From Limnothrix sp. BL-A-16 (GTDB lineage: Bacteria > Cyanobacteriota > Cyanobacteriia > CACIAM-69d): a stretch of DNA of 64,000 bases. The notes beneath the pieces were generated by a model. It saw nothing but the letters and a program-made list of their open reading frames with translations, was not told where the DNA came from and did no database searches. Location of the stretch: positions 4,448,001 through 4,512,000 of the forward strand of contig CP166615.1 of NCBI GenBank assembly GCA_041937175.2, in the 5' to 3' direction. This document shows positions 48,199 through 58,788 of the stretch, piece after piece. The translations under genes were made by a program, and so were the position numbers. The number at the start of each line of letters is the position of its first letter. The stretch's first letter is position 1.

Positions 48199-49722
48199 CT
48201 AGCGGCGACGGATTCGACCGAGGGTGGTGATATACAAAACCGCTTCGGCCGGGGGAATACCCAACACCTCGTTCACCTGGTTGTCAAAGAATCCGGCGAT
48301 GCCACTGGCCCCTAAACCGAGGCGGATAGCCGCCAGGTTCAACCGTTGTCCTAGGTGGCCGCTGTCTAGATGTAAGTAGCGATAGGCGCGATCGCCATAG
48401 CGCTCGATCGCCGCGTCTAGGTCTGCCGTTTGGAATACCACCGCCGCCGCATCTCGCCCCAGTTCTTGGCCCAAGCAGAGGAAGTGCAACTCTTCTCGGA
48501 AATTCTTGAAGCGAATTTGCCGCAACTCGTTGGCCTGGGGCGCGTAGTAGTAGCAACCGGCTTCGAGACCTTCCACATCGGACACGGCCACAAAACTGTT
48601 GATCAAGTAGGGGTCGAAGTAGTCTGGGTTCGGATCGAGACCCTGCTCGGCGTAGTCGCGGGTTTGGTAAGCAAAGGTCAGGATGCTGGATAGGTCACTG
48701 AGGCTGAGGCTATCACCGCTGTAGGCCCGGGTTGAGCGACGGTGCAAGATCGTGCGCTCCAACTCCTGAAGTTGCTGACCCCAATGGATCGGTGGTGCGG
48801 CGATCGGGACTTTGAGACCAAAGGGCAGATTGTACTTGTCGGCGGCGACCAAGCGGTTGTCCTGGGTGAGCAAGCTGGGATCGATCGCGGCGGATTGGGA
48901 GGTGATCCGCGTGGCCTGGTGCAGATAGCGCAGCAGTTGACCATCGGGTAAGTCAGGATAGGCGCGATCGGCCCGCGAAGGCAGGGCGCTGGGGGCTGGC
49001 AGGTGCGGGCGATCGGGCCCCGTTCCTTCGGTGAGGGCCACCACCGCCGTCACACCCTCCTGTTCTGGTTCCAGAAACAACAGCCGTTCCAGTTGTTCAT
49101 CGTCAAACCCACCGATCAGCGTGGCTTGATAGTCCACCAGGGAACAGGCCAGCGTGGCATTGGCCAACAAATGCCCCGTATCCAGACAAATGCGGCGATA
49201 GGCGCGATCGCCATAACGCCAGGCCGAGCGCTGAAAAACCGCCGTGGTCACCAAGGCCAAGGAAGCGTCGGTTAACGCAGGGTGCTGAAAGCAGGCCGCT
49301 TGCAGATCGGGCCAAAGGGCGCTGTCCCACACCTGAACCAAACCATGGGTTTTCACTTGGTAGTGATATAGCCCCGCCGCCAAGGGGCCATTGCCCGGCG
49401 ACAACAGATAAACCTCCGCTGGGTACAGCCCCCCCGCCGAAGGAGCCGAACGGAGCGCCACGCCCATTTGCGGCAACCGAGCCGTGATCCCATAGGCGCA
49501 ATAGAGCAACTTGGACAGTCGCCGCCACCAGGTCGCGATCGGGCTGTCTAAAACATCGATCGCGCTGGGCTTGAGATCCAGCACTGTGCCAAATCGATAA
49601 TCCTTGTATAGTTCCGGGCGATCGTCCCAATTCAGCGGTCGAGATTGACGCTCGATCGTTTCAGGATCATACTTAGTGCGCTCGTGATAGTACTGAGCGA
49701 TAGACAACTCTACCTCGGGCAT
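48199..49722 (-). CDS. SagB/ThcOx-family FMN-dependent dehydrogenase (tandem nitroreductase domains)
   Basis: YHERTKY, RSAPSAGGLYP, RRSTRAY, two YGDRAYR..LD.GH repeats. Confidence 0.9.
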   Translation of the reverse strand: MPEVELSIAQYYHERTKYDPETIERQSRPLNWDDRPELYKDYRFGTVLDLKPSAIDVLDSPIATWWRRLSKLLYCAYGITARLPQMGVALRSAPSAGGLYPAEVYLLSPGNGPLAAGLYHYQVKTHGLVQVWDSALWPDLQAACFQHPALTDASLALVTTAVFQRSAWRYGDRAYRRICLDTGHLLANATLACSLVDYQATLIGGFDDEQLERLLFLEPEQEGVTAVVALTEGTGPDRPHLPAPSALPSRADRAYPDLPDGQLLRYLHQATRITSQSAAIDPSLLTQDNRLVAADKYNLPFGLKVPIAAPPIHWGQQLQELERTILHRRSTRAYSGDSLSLSDLSSILTFAYQTRDYAEQGLDPNPDYFDPYLINSFVAVSDVEGLEAGCYYYAPQANELRQIRFKNFREELHFLCLGQELGRDAAAVVFQTADLDAAIERYGDRAYRYLHLDSGHLGQRLNLAAIRLGLGASGIAGFFDNQVNEVLGIPPAEAVLYITTLGRIRRR

Positions 49723-50647
49723 GGCTTCCAATTGAACGAGGAACGATCGCGCAATCAATATCCAACAACAACGGGGACAAATCAATCCACTCGCGGTAAA
49801 CATCATCCCCTAATTACACCCCCGATCGTCCCACCCCGGGAGCAAGATCAAACATCAGCGCCGTGGGTTACATCGCCCCATTCCGAATCAACGACGTGGC
49901 AACCTGGGAGAACTTTTGGAAATGGCTTAATGATGATTTTTTTAAATCAACTGATAATTATTATTGATTAATAAATTTGCCCTCCATCCAATTCTGAATC
50001 GGCTGCTGATCCCGCTTCCATCGCGAGCCTATGCAGACACTCCTGCTCCTGGGGGCGTGAATTTGGCCGGTGGCTCCAGCTCGCAATTTACACCACTGCC
50101 GGAGTTGGGATCTCTCAGAAAGCCTAGGGGTCTTCAAAGCGATCAGGGGATCGTGATGTCTATGAATTTAATTATTTTTTGGCAATTTTAAATATGTTTT
50201 CCTGGTTTGTGATTCTCTCGGTTATTTTCTGATGCAACCTCCCGATCGCCGCTGGGATTGCTGAAGAAGCAAATTCACAAACTGACAAAATTGATACCTA
50301 ATCATGGACTGGAAAGACAGTAACTCCAGAAATTGAATCTAAAAAAAATCTTAGGTCTGCAAAAATATCCGAAAAATTCTGATAGAAAACGATTGAATTT
50401 TAGAAAAATTCTGACTTCTTCCTGAGACCTACAGTCAGCCAATATTCAGCCAATATTAGTTAATTAAGCTTTCGTCGATGGTTTAGGAATGCAGCCCAAA
50501 ATTTGCCCAGTCAGTCATCACCCCAAGGGGTTACCCCGGCAGTAGAATAAGCTCCCGCCACCACTTTGGGCAGAAATTGAGCCGAAACTGACCTGTCACC
50601 GTCGCTCCCGCCGTCGCCCGGGAGCCTGTTGTATCGTCGTCGATGGT

Positions 50648-51220
50648 ATGCAAAAACTGACCGTAGCAGAGCTTCAAGCTGCATATCAGCAAGGTCAACG
50701 CAATTTTCAAAAAAGTGATCTTCAGGGAGTGGATCTGTTCGCAGCCTCATTACCAGACATTGACCTGCAACAGAGTTGTTTGGTCATGGCCTATCTGCCC
50801 TATGCCAACTTGAGCCAAGCGCAACTGACACAAGTTCAAGGACAACGGATGGAACTGGGGAACGCCCAGCTCTACCAGGCCAACTTGGCGGGTGCGAATT
50901 TGCAGGAGTCCCAATGTGTGCGCAGCAACTTTCGCTATGCCAATCTGCGATCGGCCGATTTGCGTCATGCAAACCTCTGTGGGGCAGATCTATATAGTGC
51001 CGATCTGCGGGAGGCGGATTTGCGAGGGGCCGATTTGACCAGTGCCAACCTGAAGTCAGCGCACTTGGAAGGGGCTAAACTCCAGCGGGCTAATCTGTTT
51101 CGGGCGAAGGATCCGGATCTTTCCCAAGCATTTTATGACCATACAACGCTGCTCCCCGATGGCTACCGAGCCATGGAAAACGACCGCCAATCGCCAACCG
51201 GTCAGCAGTCTTTGGATTAG
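50648..51220 (+). CDS. Pentapeptide repeat protein
   Basis: ELQAAYQQGQRNF N-cap followed by A(D/N)Lxx pentapeptide repeats. Confidence 0.92.
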   Translation: MQKLTVAELQAAYQQGQRNFQKSDLQGVDLFAASLPDIDLQQSCLVMAYLPYANLSQAQLTQVQGQRMELGNAQLYQANLAGANLQESQCVRSNFRYANLRSADLRHANLCGADLYSADLREADLRGADLTSANLKSAHLEGAKLQRANLFRAKDPDLSQAFYDHTTLLPDGYRAMENDRQSPTGQQSLD

Positions 51221-51245
51221 TTAGATTAGACAGTGCTCTGGATTG

Positions 51246-51271
51246 ACGGGGCAATTCAACTCGCCCCTACA
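51246..51271. repeat. GTAG-type REP-like imperfect palindrome
   Basis: Minus strand reads TGTAGGGGCGAGTTGAATTGCCCCGT; same family as 27611-27638 and 60376-60405. Confidence 0.5.
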
Positions 51272-51306
51272 ATGGCGGTTGATGCTCGGAAAGCGTAGAT
51301 GGGGTC

Positions 51307-51795
51307 ATGGCACAGGAACAGCGCATTGATGGAAAAGTCACGGTGACCCCAAAAGAGGGCCGATCGCCCCGAAAGCCAGCGTTGCAGTCCTGGGGCTGGC
51401 TGTCTTTGGGGGTGTTGGGCTTGGGGATGTTCGGGGCTTGGCAAGCGCAGGCCCAAACTCAGCCGTCGGGCGCTGCGGCGATCGCCCAATATGCCGATGC
51501 GGTGTTGGCGATCGAGCCGGTGCGTCAGGCTGCGGCGAGCCAACTGAAAACCGTGATGGGCGATCGGCCCTTGCCGGTGGTGATTTGCTCTCAGGGCGAT
51601 ACGGTGAAATCGCTGTCGCGGGAGGCGCGGGAAATTGCCGTTTCCTTCTGCAACCAAACCAAGGGCATTATTGAGGGAACGGGCCTCTCGATCGCCCAGT
51701 TTAATCAAATGACTCAAACCCACGCGATCGATCCTGCCCTGCGCCAACGGATCCAAGAGGAGTTGGTGAAGCTACAGGCTCCCTCGCAGCCCTAA
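51307..51795 (+). CDS. DUF4168-family exported protein
   Basis: Hydrophobic segment ending AQAQ, YADAVLAIEPVR, two Cys, GLSIAQFNQM...LRQRIQEEL. Confidence 0.75.
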   Translation: MAQEQRIDGKVTVTPKEGRSPRKPALQSWGWLSLGVLGLGMFGAWQAQAQTQPSGAAAIAQYADAVLAIEPVRQAAASQLKTVMGDRPLPVVICSQGDTVKSLSREAREIAVSFCNQTKGIIEGTGLSIAQFNQMTQTHAIDPALRQRIQEELVKLQAPSQP

Positions 51796-51818
51796 TTTTT
51801 TGCAGCACTCAGGACAAC

Positions 51819-51852
51819 AAAAAGCACCCCGCGATATGAACGCTGGGGTGCT
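51819..51852 (-). terminator. Intrinsic terminator downstream of the porin gene
   Basis: AGCACCCCGCG-ATATGAA-CGCTGGGGTGCT stem with an A-run on its left (T-run on the minus strand). Confidence 0.65.
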
Positions 51853-52017
51853 CAATTTGGTATCGGATTGAGAAAACGCTTGCAGTTGAGACTTGGCATC
51901 AAGGCAACCCATCCATATAGACCGATTGCCTTGAACCTCCCAGCCTGTCCGGATTGCAACCACGCCTGATCACGCCATCGGCAGAGCTGGCGGTGGTGGC
52001 AACGATTCCGGCCAGTT

Positions 52018-53604
52018 CTAGAACTTGAACTCGGTGCGCAGTACACCCATCACAGCCGTATCACCGTTGTCGTTGGCATCAAACACAGCCACCACACCCG
52101 GAGTCAGGTAGATGTTGTCATTGAGCGCGAACTTGTACATGGCTTCCACCAGAATCGGCGTGTTGTCGTCTTCTTCAACGCCGTCGGCATTCACCACCGT
52201 CGGCGGTTGACCCACCGTCAGTGCGCCCATGCTGCCTTCCTTGCCCAGGTCGGGGAAGGTGAAGCCCACACCCCAGGTCAGAATGTCAGCATTCGCATCA
52301 TCGTTGTTCAGGCTGTCGGCCCAGGTGTAGCCGAAGAAGCCATGCATCCCGAAGTGCTCCGAGAAGCGGTATTGGGTTTGGAAGCCAATGTTGTCGCTAT
52401 CGAAGGAGTCGCCGTTAAACAGGTTGAAGGTGTTCTTCGTGCCCGAGCCGCCCAGGACGTTGAAGGGGCGATCGACCCGAGAGTAGTAGGAGTGGGCGTA
52501 AAGCAGACCGGCCGAGAAGCGATCGTTGGAACTGGTGTAGTTCAAGCTGACGCTGGCGCTGTAGCTGCCGTCAAACAAACCACGACCTTCATCGGGGCTG
52601 GCGGAGTTGCCGGCCGAGTAGAGCGCGGCCACCGTGAAGTTGTCGCTAGCCCGCCAACGAATCCCCGCACCACCATAGGTGGGTTGGCGATAGATCGGGT
52701 TCAAGTCGGCAAAGGCGCTGATGGCTCCATTCCCGCCGCCATAGAGGGGGGTGTGAACCGGGTGGGCATCTTCGAGCAGCAAATCTTGACCCACGATCGC
52801 CGTGGCGCGATCGCTCAGGGGGAACTCATAGGCCAAGAAGGTCAGGCGGAAGTTCGTATCGGAACCGTTGCCGTAGCTGAGGTTGGTTAGCCCCGTCACA
52901 TCGTTCAGCGGGCTGCGAACGCTGTTGGATTCCAAACGGGTGAACAGCTTGTCCTTTCCGGTGAAGCTTGTGACCAACAGCAACCGCGTCCGTTGGCTGA
53001 AGGTAACGTTTTCTGCGCCGCTGTCGTCGCTGTCGTCACCCGTGAGCGTGCCACCCTGCATTCCGAAGATCACCTGACCGGACAGCTTGGTGGTGGTTGA
53101 AAACTGGTTGGCTTCCAGTTCCGAAGTGCGTGCTTCCAGGGAATCAACCCGGCCGCGCAGGGCTGCCAACTCAGCGGCAAATTCTTCTTGCAGCTTTTGC
53201 AGCTTCCGCAAATCTTCCTTGGTGGCCAGCGGGTCGGTGGCGGCCTTGATCAGGTCATTGATCCGATCGAGGCAAGCATTCAAACCAGCGGCGAACTCGT
53301 AGCGGCTGAGGGGGCGGTTGCCCTTGAAGGTGCCATCGGGATAGCCCGCAATACAGCCGTAGCGCTCCACCAGGGACTGCAATGCCTGGAAGGCCCAATC
53401 GGTGGGCTGCACATCAGACAGTTGCGAGACGGAAGTTACTTGATCCAGCGCCATTTCCGAGTCGATCGACCCGAGCAGCGTCGCTTCCGTGGAGGCGTTC
53501 ACCCCAACCGGACTTTCAGCAGCCGCGCGATCGGCCGTGCCCAACATTGCCCCACCCGAAATAGCCAAGGCGGCCATCAGGATTCCATAGCGACTTTTCA
53601 ACAC
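52018..53604 (-). CDS. Cyanobacterial SLH-OprB outer-membrane porin (SomA/iron-uptake-porin family)
   Basis: Signal peptide, QVTSVSQLSDVQPTDWAFQALQSLVERYGCIAGYPDG SLH, NQFSTTTKL, C-terminal GVLRTEFKF. Confidence 0.95.
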   Translation of the reverse strand: MLKSRYGILMAALAISGGAMLGTADRAAAESPVGVNASTEATLLGSIDSEMALDQVTSVSQLSDVQPTDWAFQALQSLVERYGCIAGYPDGTFKGNRPLSRYEFAAGLNACLDRINDLIKAATDPLATKEDLRKLQKLQEEFAAELAALRGRVDSLEARTSELEANQFSTTTKLSGQVIFGMQGGTLTGDDSDDSGAENVTFSQRTRLLLVTSFTGKDKLFTRLESNSVRSPLNDVTGLTNLSYGNGSDTNFRLTFLAYEFPLSDRATAIVGQDLLLEDAHPVHTPLYGGGNGAISAFADLNPIYRQPTYGGAGIRWRASDNFTVAALYSAGNSASPDEGRGLFDGSYSASVSLNYTSSNDRFSAGLLYAHSYYSRVDRPFNVLGGSGTKNTFNLFNGDSFDSDNIGFQTQYRFSEHFGMHGFFGYTWADSLNNDDANADILTWGVGFTFPDLGKEGSMGALTVGQPPTVVNADGVEEDDNTPILVEAMYKFALNDNIYLTPGVVAVFDANDNGDTAVMGVLRTEFKF

Positions 53605-53851
53605 GATCTATCCTCACACCAAAACTTTAGGAAATCCTCGTTCAGCTCATCACCCTTGCAAACAACGGCGAACAAGCTAATCCTGATAGTAAATAATCAG
53701 TAAGGATTTGGTTAAGTATCGGTTATAACTTTTTTTTCAAAACAGCACAACACCCAAGTTATCGAATAGCGACAATCAGAATCTGTAATGGTGGCCACCG
53801 TTGAAACTCGTCCCCATCAGGACTTTCAGAAAAACGGGAAAATTTTTTTCT

Positions 53852-53893
53852 GTATCCTCAGATACAACGACCTATATTTCAGCGCCCTAGGAT
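53852..53893 (+). promoter_or_regulatory. NtcA-activated promoter of urtA (GTA-N8-TAC-N22-TAN3T)
   Basis: GTATCCTCAGATAC at 53852-53865, exactly 22 nt before TAGGAT at 53888-53893. Confidence 0.85.
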
Positions 53894-54000
53894 GACGCTA
53901 AAATCGGGACAAGCCAGGGCTTTTTTGAGTCCTTTATCCAGGCAATAAGCGGGGTTTGTAACTGATTTTTACGCAAAGCTGAGGAGTGTAAAACAATACA

Positions 54001-55323
54001 ATGTCCGGTCAATTTAATCGCCGTAAATTTCTGTTTTACGGCTCCGCTGCCCTGAGTGCCAGTGTTTTACTCAAGGCCTGTGGCCAAGCCCCGGAAAGCG
54101 CTCCATCGCCGGGTAGCCCTAGCCCCGGGGCTAGTCCCGCCGGATCTCCCGCTGCTAGTGGTGACACGATCAAAGTCGGTGTTCTGCATTCCCAGAGCGG
54201 CACGATGGCGATCAGCGAAAAGAGCGTGATCGATGCTGAACTGCTGGCGATCGAAGAGATCAACAAGGCCGGCGGTGTCCTGGGCAAGCAAATCGAGCCG
54301 GTTGTGGAAGATGGAGCCTCTGACTGGCCCACCTTCGCAGAAAAGGCGAAAAAGCTGATCGACCAAGACAAGGTGGTCACCATTTTTGGTTGCTGGACCT
54401 CTGCCAGCCGCAAAGCAGTGCTGCCGGTCTTCGAGGAGAAGAAGCACATGCTTTGGTATCCCGTGCAGTATGAGGGGCAGGAATGTTCCCAAAACATCTT
54501 CTACACGGGCGCTGCGCCGAACCAACAGATTGAACCGGCCGTTGAGTGGCTGTTCAAAAACAAAGGTAAAGAATTCTTCCTGGTCGGTTCTGACTACGTT
54601 TTCCCGAGAACTGCCAACACGATCATCAAAGCCCAAGTGGAGAAGCTGGGCGGCAAAATCGTTGGTGAAGACTACATTCCCCTGGGCGGCACGGAAGTTA
54701 CGCCCATCATCACCAAGATTCGCAGCGCTCTGCCGAACGGTGGCGTAATCTTCAACTCCTTGAACGGCGACAGTAACGTTGCTTTCTTCAAGCAGTTGCA
54801 AGGGGCTGGTTTGGGCCCTGATAAATATCCTTCGATGTCCGTGAGTATTGCGGAAGAAGAAGTGAAGGCGATCGGGGTGGAATACCTGGAAGGTCACTAC
54901 GCCGCTTGGAACTACTTCATGTCGGTGGATTCTCCGGCGAACAAGAAATTCGTGGATGCGTTCAAGGCTAAATATGGCCCCGATCGCGTGACGAATGACC
55001 CCATGGAAGCGGCCTACATTGCCGTTTATCTGTGGAAGCAAGCCGTTGAAAAGGCGAAGACCGCCGATGATCTGGGGAAAGTGCGGGCGGCTGCCTATGG
55101 CCAAACCTTCGATGCCCCAGAAGGAATGGTGACCATGAATGCGAACCATCACCTGTCGAAGGTGGTGCGGATTGGCGAAATCGAAAAGAGCGGTCAATTC
55201 AAGGTCGTGTTTTCAACGGATAAGGCGATCGAGCCGGTGCCCTGGAACCAATTTGTGGCTGAAACCAAGGGCTTCGCTTGCGACTGGTCGGATCCGAAGA
55301 AGGGCGGCAAGTACAAGATCTAA
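54001..55323 (+). CDS. urtA: Urea ABC transporter substrate-binding lipoprotein
   Basis: RRKFL twin-Arg signal and LKAC lipobox; [34 protein letters not shown]. Confidence 0.96.
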   Translation: MSGQFNRRKFLFYGSAALSASVLLKACGQAPESAPSPGSPSPGASPAGSPAASGDTIKVGVLHSQSGTMAISEKSVIDAELLAIEEINKAGGVLGKQIEPVVEDGASDWPTFAEKAKKLIDQDKVVTIFGCWTSASRKAVLPVFEEKKHMLWYPVQYEGQECSQNIFYTGAAPNQQIEPAVEWLFKNKGKEFFLVGSDYVFPRTANTIIKAQVEKLGGKIVGEDYIPLGGTEVTPIITKIRSALPNGGVIFNSLNGDSNVAFFKQLQGAGLGPDKYPSMSVSIAEEEVKAIGVEYLEGHYAAWNYFMSVDSPANKKFVDAFKAKYGPDRVTNDPMEAAYIAVYLWKQAVEKAKTADDLGKVRAAAYGQTFDAPEGMVTMNANHHLSKVVRIGEIEKSGQFKVVFSTDKAIEPVPWNQFVAETKGFACDWSDPKKGGKYKI

Positions 55324-55493
55324 GCCATTTGATCTTTGTAACCCTGATGATGCTTGGCGGGCAATAGCCACTGCATAGGCATCGGTTCTACAGCAGCCAA
55401 GGGGCAGTCGGCCAAGTCGTCACTGCCCCTTTGTTGTTGAAGGGCCATGGTAATGAGGTTTATTTCACCCGCACACTCAACCCAGTTCTTGAG

Positions 55494-56642
55494 ATGCTTG
55501 ATGCCATTTTTAGCGGAATTAGCATTGGCTCCGTGTTGCTGATTGCAGCATTAGGCCTGGCGATTGTGTTTGGGCTAATGGGTGTGATTAATATGGCCCA
55601 CGGCGAGCTGATGATGCTCGGAGCCTACACAACGTTTTTGGTTCAGAATCTGTTCAAATCCTTCGGTGAGGGGGCGTTTGAAATTTATATTTTCCCAGCG
55701 CTGATTGCTGCTTTCATTGTCACAGCGATCGCGGGGGTGATTTTGGAGCGAGGGGTGGTGCGATTTCTCTACGGTCGCCCCCTGGAAACCCTGTTGGCTA
55801 CCTGGGGGGTGAGCCTGATGTTGCAGCAATTTGTTCGCAGCATTAATTGGGTGATGGCGATCGGGCTGGTGCTGTTTTGCGCCCTCTTTTTTGGGGCTTG
55901 GGGGTTGTTGGGGAAACGGGCCAATTGGGTGGCGATCAAAACTCAGGCCTTGAGCATTTTGTTGCCGGTGTCGGCGGGGATTTCAATCGCCGTGGGCAGC
56001 CTGTTAGCTCAACAATTCAAGTTAACGGTCACCAAGCCCTGGTTCGGGGCCCAAAACGTGGATGTGACGGCTCCCCGCTGGCTGCGGGGTGGAATTCCGA
56101 TCGGGGATTCGCAACTCCCGTCCACCCGCTTATTCATCATTGCCCTGACGATTCTTTGCCTCTTTGGCCTGTATTGGTTCCTGAATCGATCGCTCTGGGG
56201 CCTGCGCATCCGTGCCGTCACCCAAAATCGCAGCATGAGCGCCTGCTTGGGCATTGCCACCAACACCGTGGATTCTTTGACCTTTGCACTGGGTTCCGGA
56301 CTGGCGGGAATTGCGGGCAGCGCGATCGCCCTGTTGGGTTCCGTGGGCCCCAACACCGGCCAAAACTACATCGTTGACACCTTCATGGTGGTGGTGGTGG
56401 GCGGCGTTGGCAAACTGGTTGGCTCGATCGTTGCCGCATTGGCCATTGGGACTGCGAGTTTCCTGATTGGTTCCGGTACTTTGGCCGCCGTGTTTGCAAC
56501 GGTTCCGCCCCTGGCGGAGTTCTTTAACTTCTTTGCCACCGCCAGCATGGCCAAGGTGATGGTTTTTGCCGCCATCATCGTCTTTTTGCAAGTGCGTCCG
56601 GGCGGTCTTTTTCCCCAAAAGGGACGGACGGTTGAGTCCTAA
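55494..56642 (+). CDS. urtB: Urea ABC transporter permease
   Basis: GLAIVFGLMGVINMAHGE, LYGRPLETLLATWG, RPGGLFPQKGR; start uncertain. Confidence 0.94.
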   Translation: MLDAIFSGISIGSVLLIAALGLAIVFGLMGVINMAHGELMMLGAYTTFLVQNLFKSFGEGAFEIYIFPALIAAFIVTAIAGVILERGVVRFLYGRPLETLLATWGVSLMLQQFVRSINWVMAIGLVLFCALFFGAWGLLGKRANWVAIKTQALSILLPVSAGISIAVGSLLAQQFKLTVTKPWFGAQNVDVTAPRWLRGGIPIGDSQLPSTRLFIIALTILCLFGLYWFLNRSLWGLRIRAVTQNRSMSACLGIATNTVDSLTFALGSGLAGIAGSAIALLGSVGPNTGQNYIVDTFMVVVVGGVGKLVGSIVAALAIGTASFLIGSGTLAAVFATVPPLAEFFNFFATASMAKVMVFAAIIVFLQVRPGGLFPQKGRTVES

Positions 56643-56787
56643 ACCGTGATCTGGAAGCCTTGTTCTAGCGTTCGGATCGCTCTAAATTGCACATCTTTCC
56701 AGTTTCGATGCTTCAGTTTCGATTCTCAAATTCCAATTCGAGAATTGCAGCAATTGCTAACGACAATCCTCATTGCGGGATGTGAGT

Positions 56788-57957
56788 ATGGGATCTTTAC
56801 CTTCAACCCGAAAACAGCGATCAATTTCCCTCAGTTCGGAGGATTGGGCAGCCATTGCTCTCCTGATTGTGGCGCTTCTGATCCCACTGTTGCTGTCGGA
56901 TTTTCGCTTGAATCTTCTGGGGCGCTATCTATCCCTGGCGATCGTGGCCCTAGGCATTGATTTAATCTGGGGCTACACGGGTCTGCTCAGTTTGGGTCAT
57001 GGGGTGTTTTTTACCCTGGGTGGCTATGCCTTGGCCATGCACCTGAAGCTGGTGCAAATTCCGCCCGATGCCACGGTGAAATTGCCGGAATTCATGTCTT
57101 TGTATGGGGTGACAGAACTGCCTTGGTTTTGGCAACCGTTTTATAACTTTCCGGTGACCTTGGTGGGCATGGTTGCTGTGCCCATGGTTGCCGCCAGTAT
57201 TCTCGGTTACCTGGTGTTTCGGAACCGGATTCGAGGTGTGTATTTCTCCATCCTGACCCAGGCGGCGACCATTGTTTTCTTCAACTTTTTCAATGGCCAG
57301 CAAAAGTTGATTAACGGTACTAATGGGCTAACCAATTTTGGGCAATTTCTGGGCTTTGATATTTCATCCCCAGGAACCCAAAAAATCATCTATTTCATCA
57401 CGCTTGGTGGATTAGTGGTTGCTTACTTAGTTTGTCGCTGGCTCATTTCCGGCCGCTTTGGGCGACTCCTGATCGCCATTCGGGATGATGAACCTCGGGT
57501 TCGTTTTTCGGGCTATAACCCCACGGGTTTTAAGGTGGTGGTGTTTGCGGTTTCAGCGGCCCTAGCGGGCTTGGCCGGGGCATTATTTACCCTGCAATCG
57601 GGAATTGTGTCGCCTAAAACCATGGATATTCCCTTCTCGATCGAGATGGTGATTTGGGTGGCCGTTGGTGGGCGTGCCACGCTCCTGGGCGCAATTGTGG
57701 GTGCGGTGTTGGTGAACTTTGCCAAGAGCCTTTTGAGCGAACAATTCTCGGCGATTTGGCTCTTTTTCCAAGGGGGCTTGTTCCTGTTGGTGGTGATGGT
57801 GTTGCCCGACGGCATTGTTGGTTGGCTCAAGACCTCCGGTATGGATTTAATCAATCGACTGATCGGTCGATCGCCCCAGCCGGTTGCCACCTATCCCAGC
57901 TTGGAAACCGATCCCGAAGTTCAATTTGAGCGCGAAGAATTGCAGGATAAATCATGA
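56788..57957 (+). CDS. urtC: Urea ABC transporter permease
   Basis: DLIWGYTGLLSLGHG, RIRGVYFSILTQA, IRDDEPRVRFSGY, SIEMVIWVAVGGR. Confidence 0.94.
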   Translation: MGSLPSTRKQRSISLSSEDWAAIALLIVALLIPLLLSDFRLNLLGRYLSLAIVALGIDLIWGYTGLLSLGHGVFFTLGGYALAMHLKLVQIPPDATVKLPEFMSLYGVTELPWFWQPFYNFPVTLVGMVAVPMVAASILGYLVFRNRIRGVYFSILTQAATIVFFNFFNGQQKLINGTNGLTNFGQFLGFDISSPGTQKIIYFITLGGLVVAYLVCRWLISGRFGRLLIAIRDDEPRVRFSGYNPTGFKVVVFAVSAALAGLAGALFTLQSGIVSPKTMDIPFSIEMVIWVAVGGRATLLGAIVGAVLVNFAKSLLSEQFSAIWLFFQGGLFLLVVMVLPDGIVGWLKTSGMDLINRLIGRSPQPVATYPSLETDPEVQFEREELQDKS

Positions 57958-58733
57958 CCCATTCTTTGGATCTGCCAACGGCGGCGGCTCAACCCATCCT
58001 CGCCATTCAAAACCTGACCGTCAACTTTGATGGATTCAAGGCCCTGAATAACCTAACCTTCAGCATGGCCCCCGGTGAATTGCGGGTGGTGATTGGCCCC
58101 AATGGTGCAGGGAAAACCACGTTTTTGGACACGATCACGGGCAAAGTGAAACCCACCCAAGGGGATGTGTTGTTCAAGGGCCGCAGCCTGAAAGGGCGTA
58201 GTGAATACGAAATTGCGCGCTTAGGCATTGGTCGCAAATTCCAAACGCCTCGGGTTTATCAAAACCTGACCGTGGCCCAAAATTTGGAACTGTCGGGCAA
58301 TCCCCAAAAAGGTGTGCTCCATAGTTTGTTTCGGAAACCCCTGCGATCGGAACGACAGTCCGTGGCCCAGCTATTGGAAACTCTGGGACTCACAAGCAAA
58401 GCCCAATTACCGGCGGCCCTGCTCTCCCATGGGGAAAAACAACGGCTAGAAATTGGCATGTTGGTGGCTCAATCGCCGGATTTGTTATTGGTGGATGAAC
58501 CGGCGGCCGGCTTAACCGATGAAGAAACCTACCAACTGGGGGAATTGTTGATTTCTTTGGCGGAAGTGCATTCCATCATTGTGATTGAGCATGATATGGA
58601 ATTTGTCCGGCAAATTGCCCGCACCGTGACGGTTTTGCATGAGGGATCATTGCTGTTTGAAGGCACGATGGATGAAGTGCAAAGCGATGAACGGGTGATC
58701 GAAGTCTATTTGGGCAAAGAAGACGAGGACTAG
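57954..58733 (+). CDS. urtD: Urea ABC transporter ATPase
   Basis: GPNGAGKT, GIGRKFQTP, LSHGEKQRLEIG, DEP. Confidence 0.95.
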   Translation: MTHSLDLPTAAAQPILAIQNLTVNFDGFKALNNLTFSMAPGELRVVIGPNGAGKTTFLDTITGKVKPTQGDVLFKGRSLKGRSEYEIARLGIGRKFQTPRVYQNLTVAQNLELSGNPQKGVLHSLFRKPLRSERQSVAQLLETLGLTSKAQLPAALLSHGEKQRLEIGMLVAQSPDLLLVDEPAAGLTDEETYQLGELLISLAEVHSIIVIEHDMEFVRQIARTVTVLHEGSLLFEGTMDEVQSDERVIEVYLGKEDED

Positions 58734-58788
58734 GGATTTGGAAATTGCCCCTAGAAAAGACCCAAGTAATTGAGATGGAGGACTAGGG

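Noticed and set aside
48199..49722. Azole/RiPP biosynthetic cluster around the SagB-type dehydrogenase
   Set aside because: No YcaO, E1-like protein or Cys/Ser/Thr-rich precursor nearby; stand-alone copies of this family are common in cyanobacteria.
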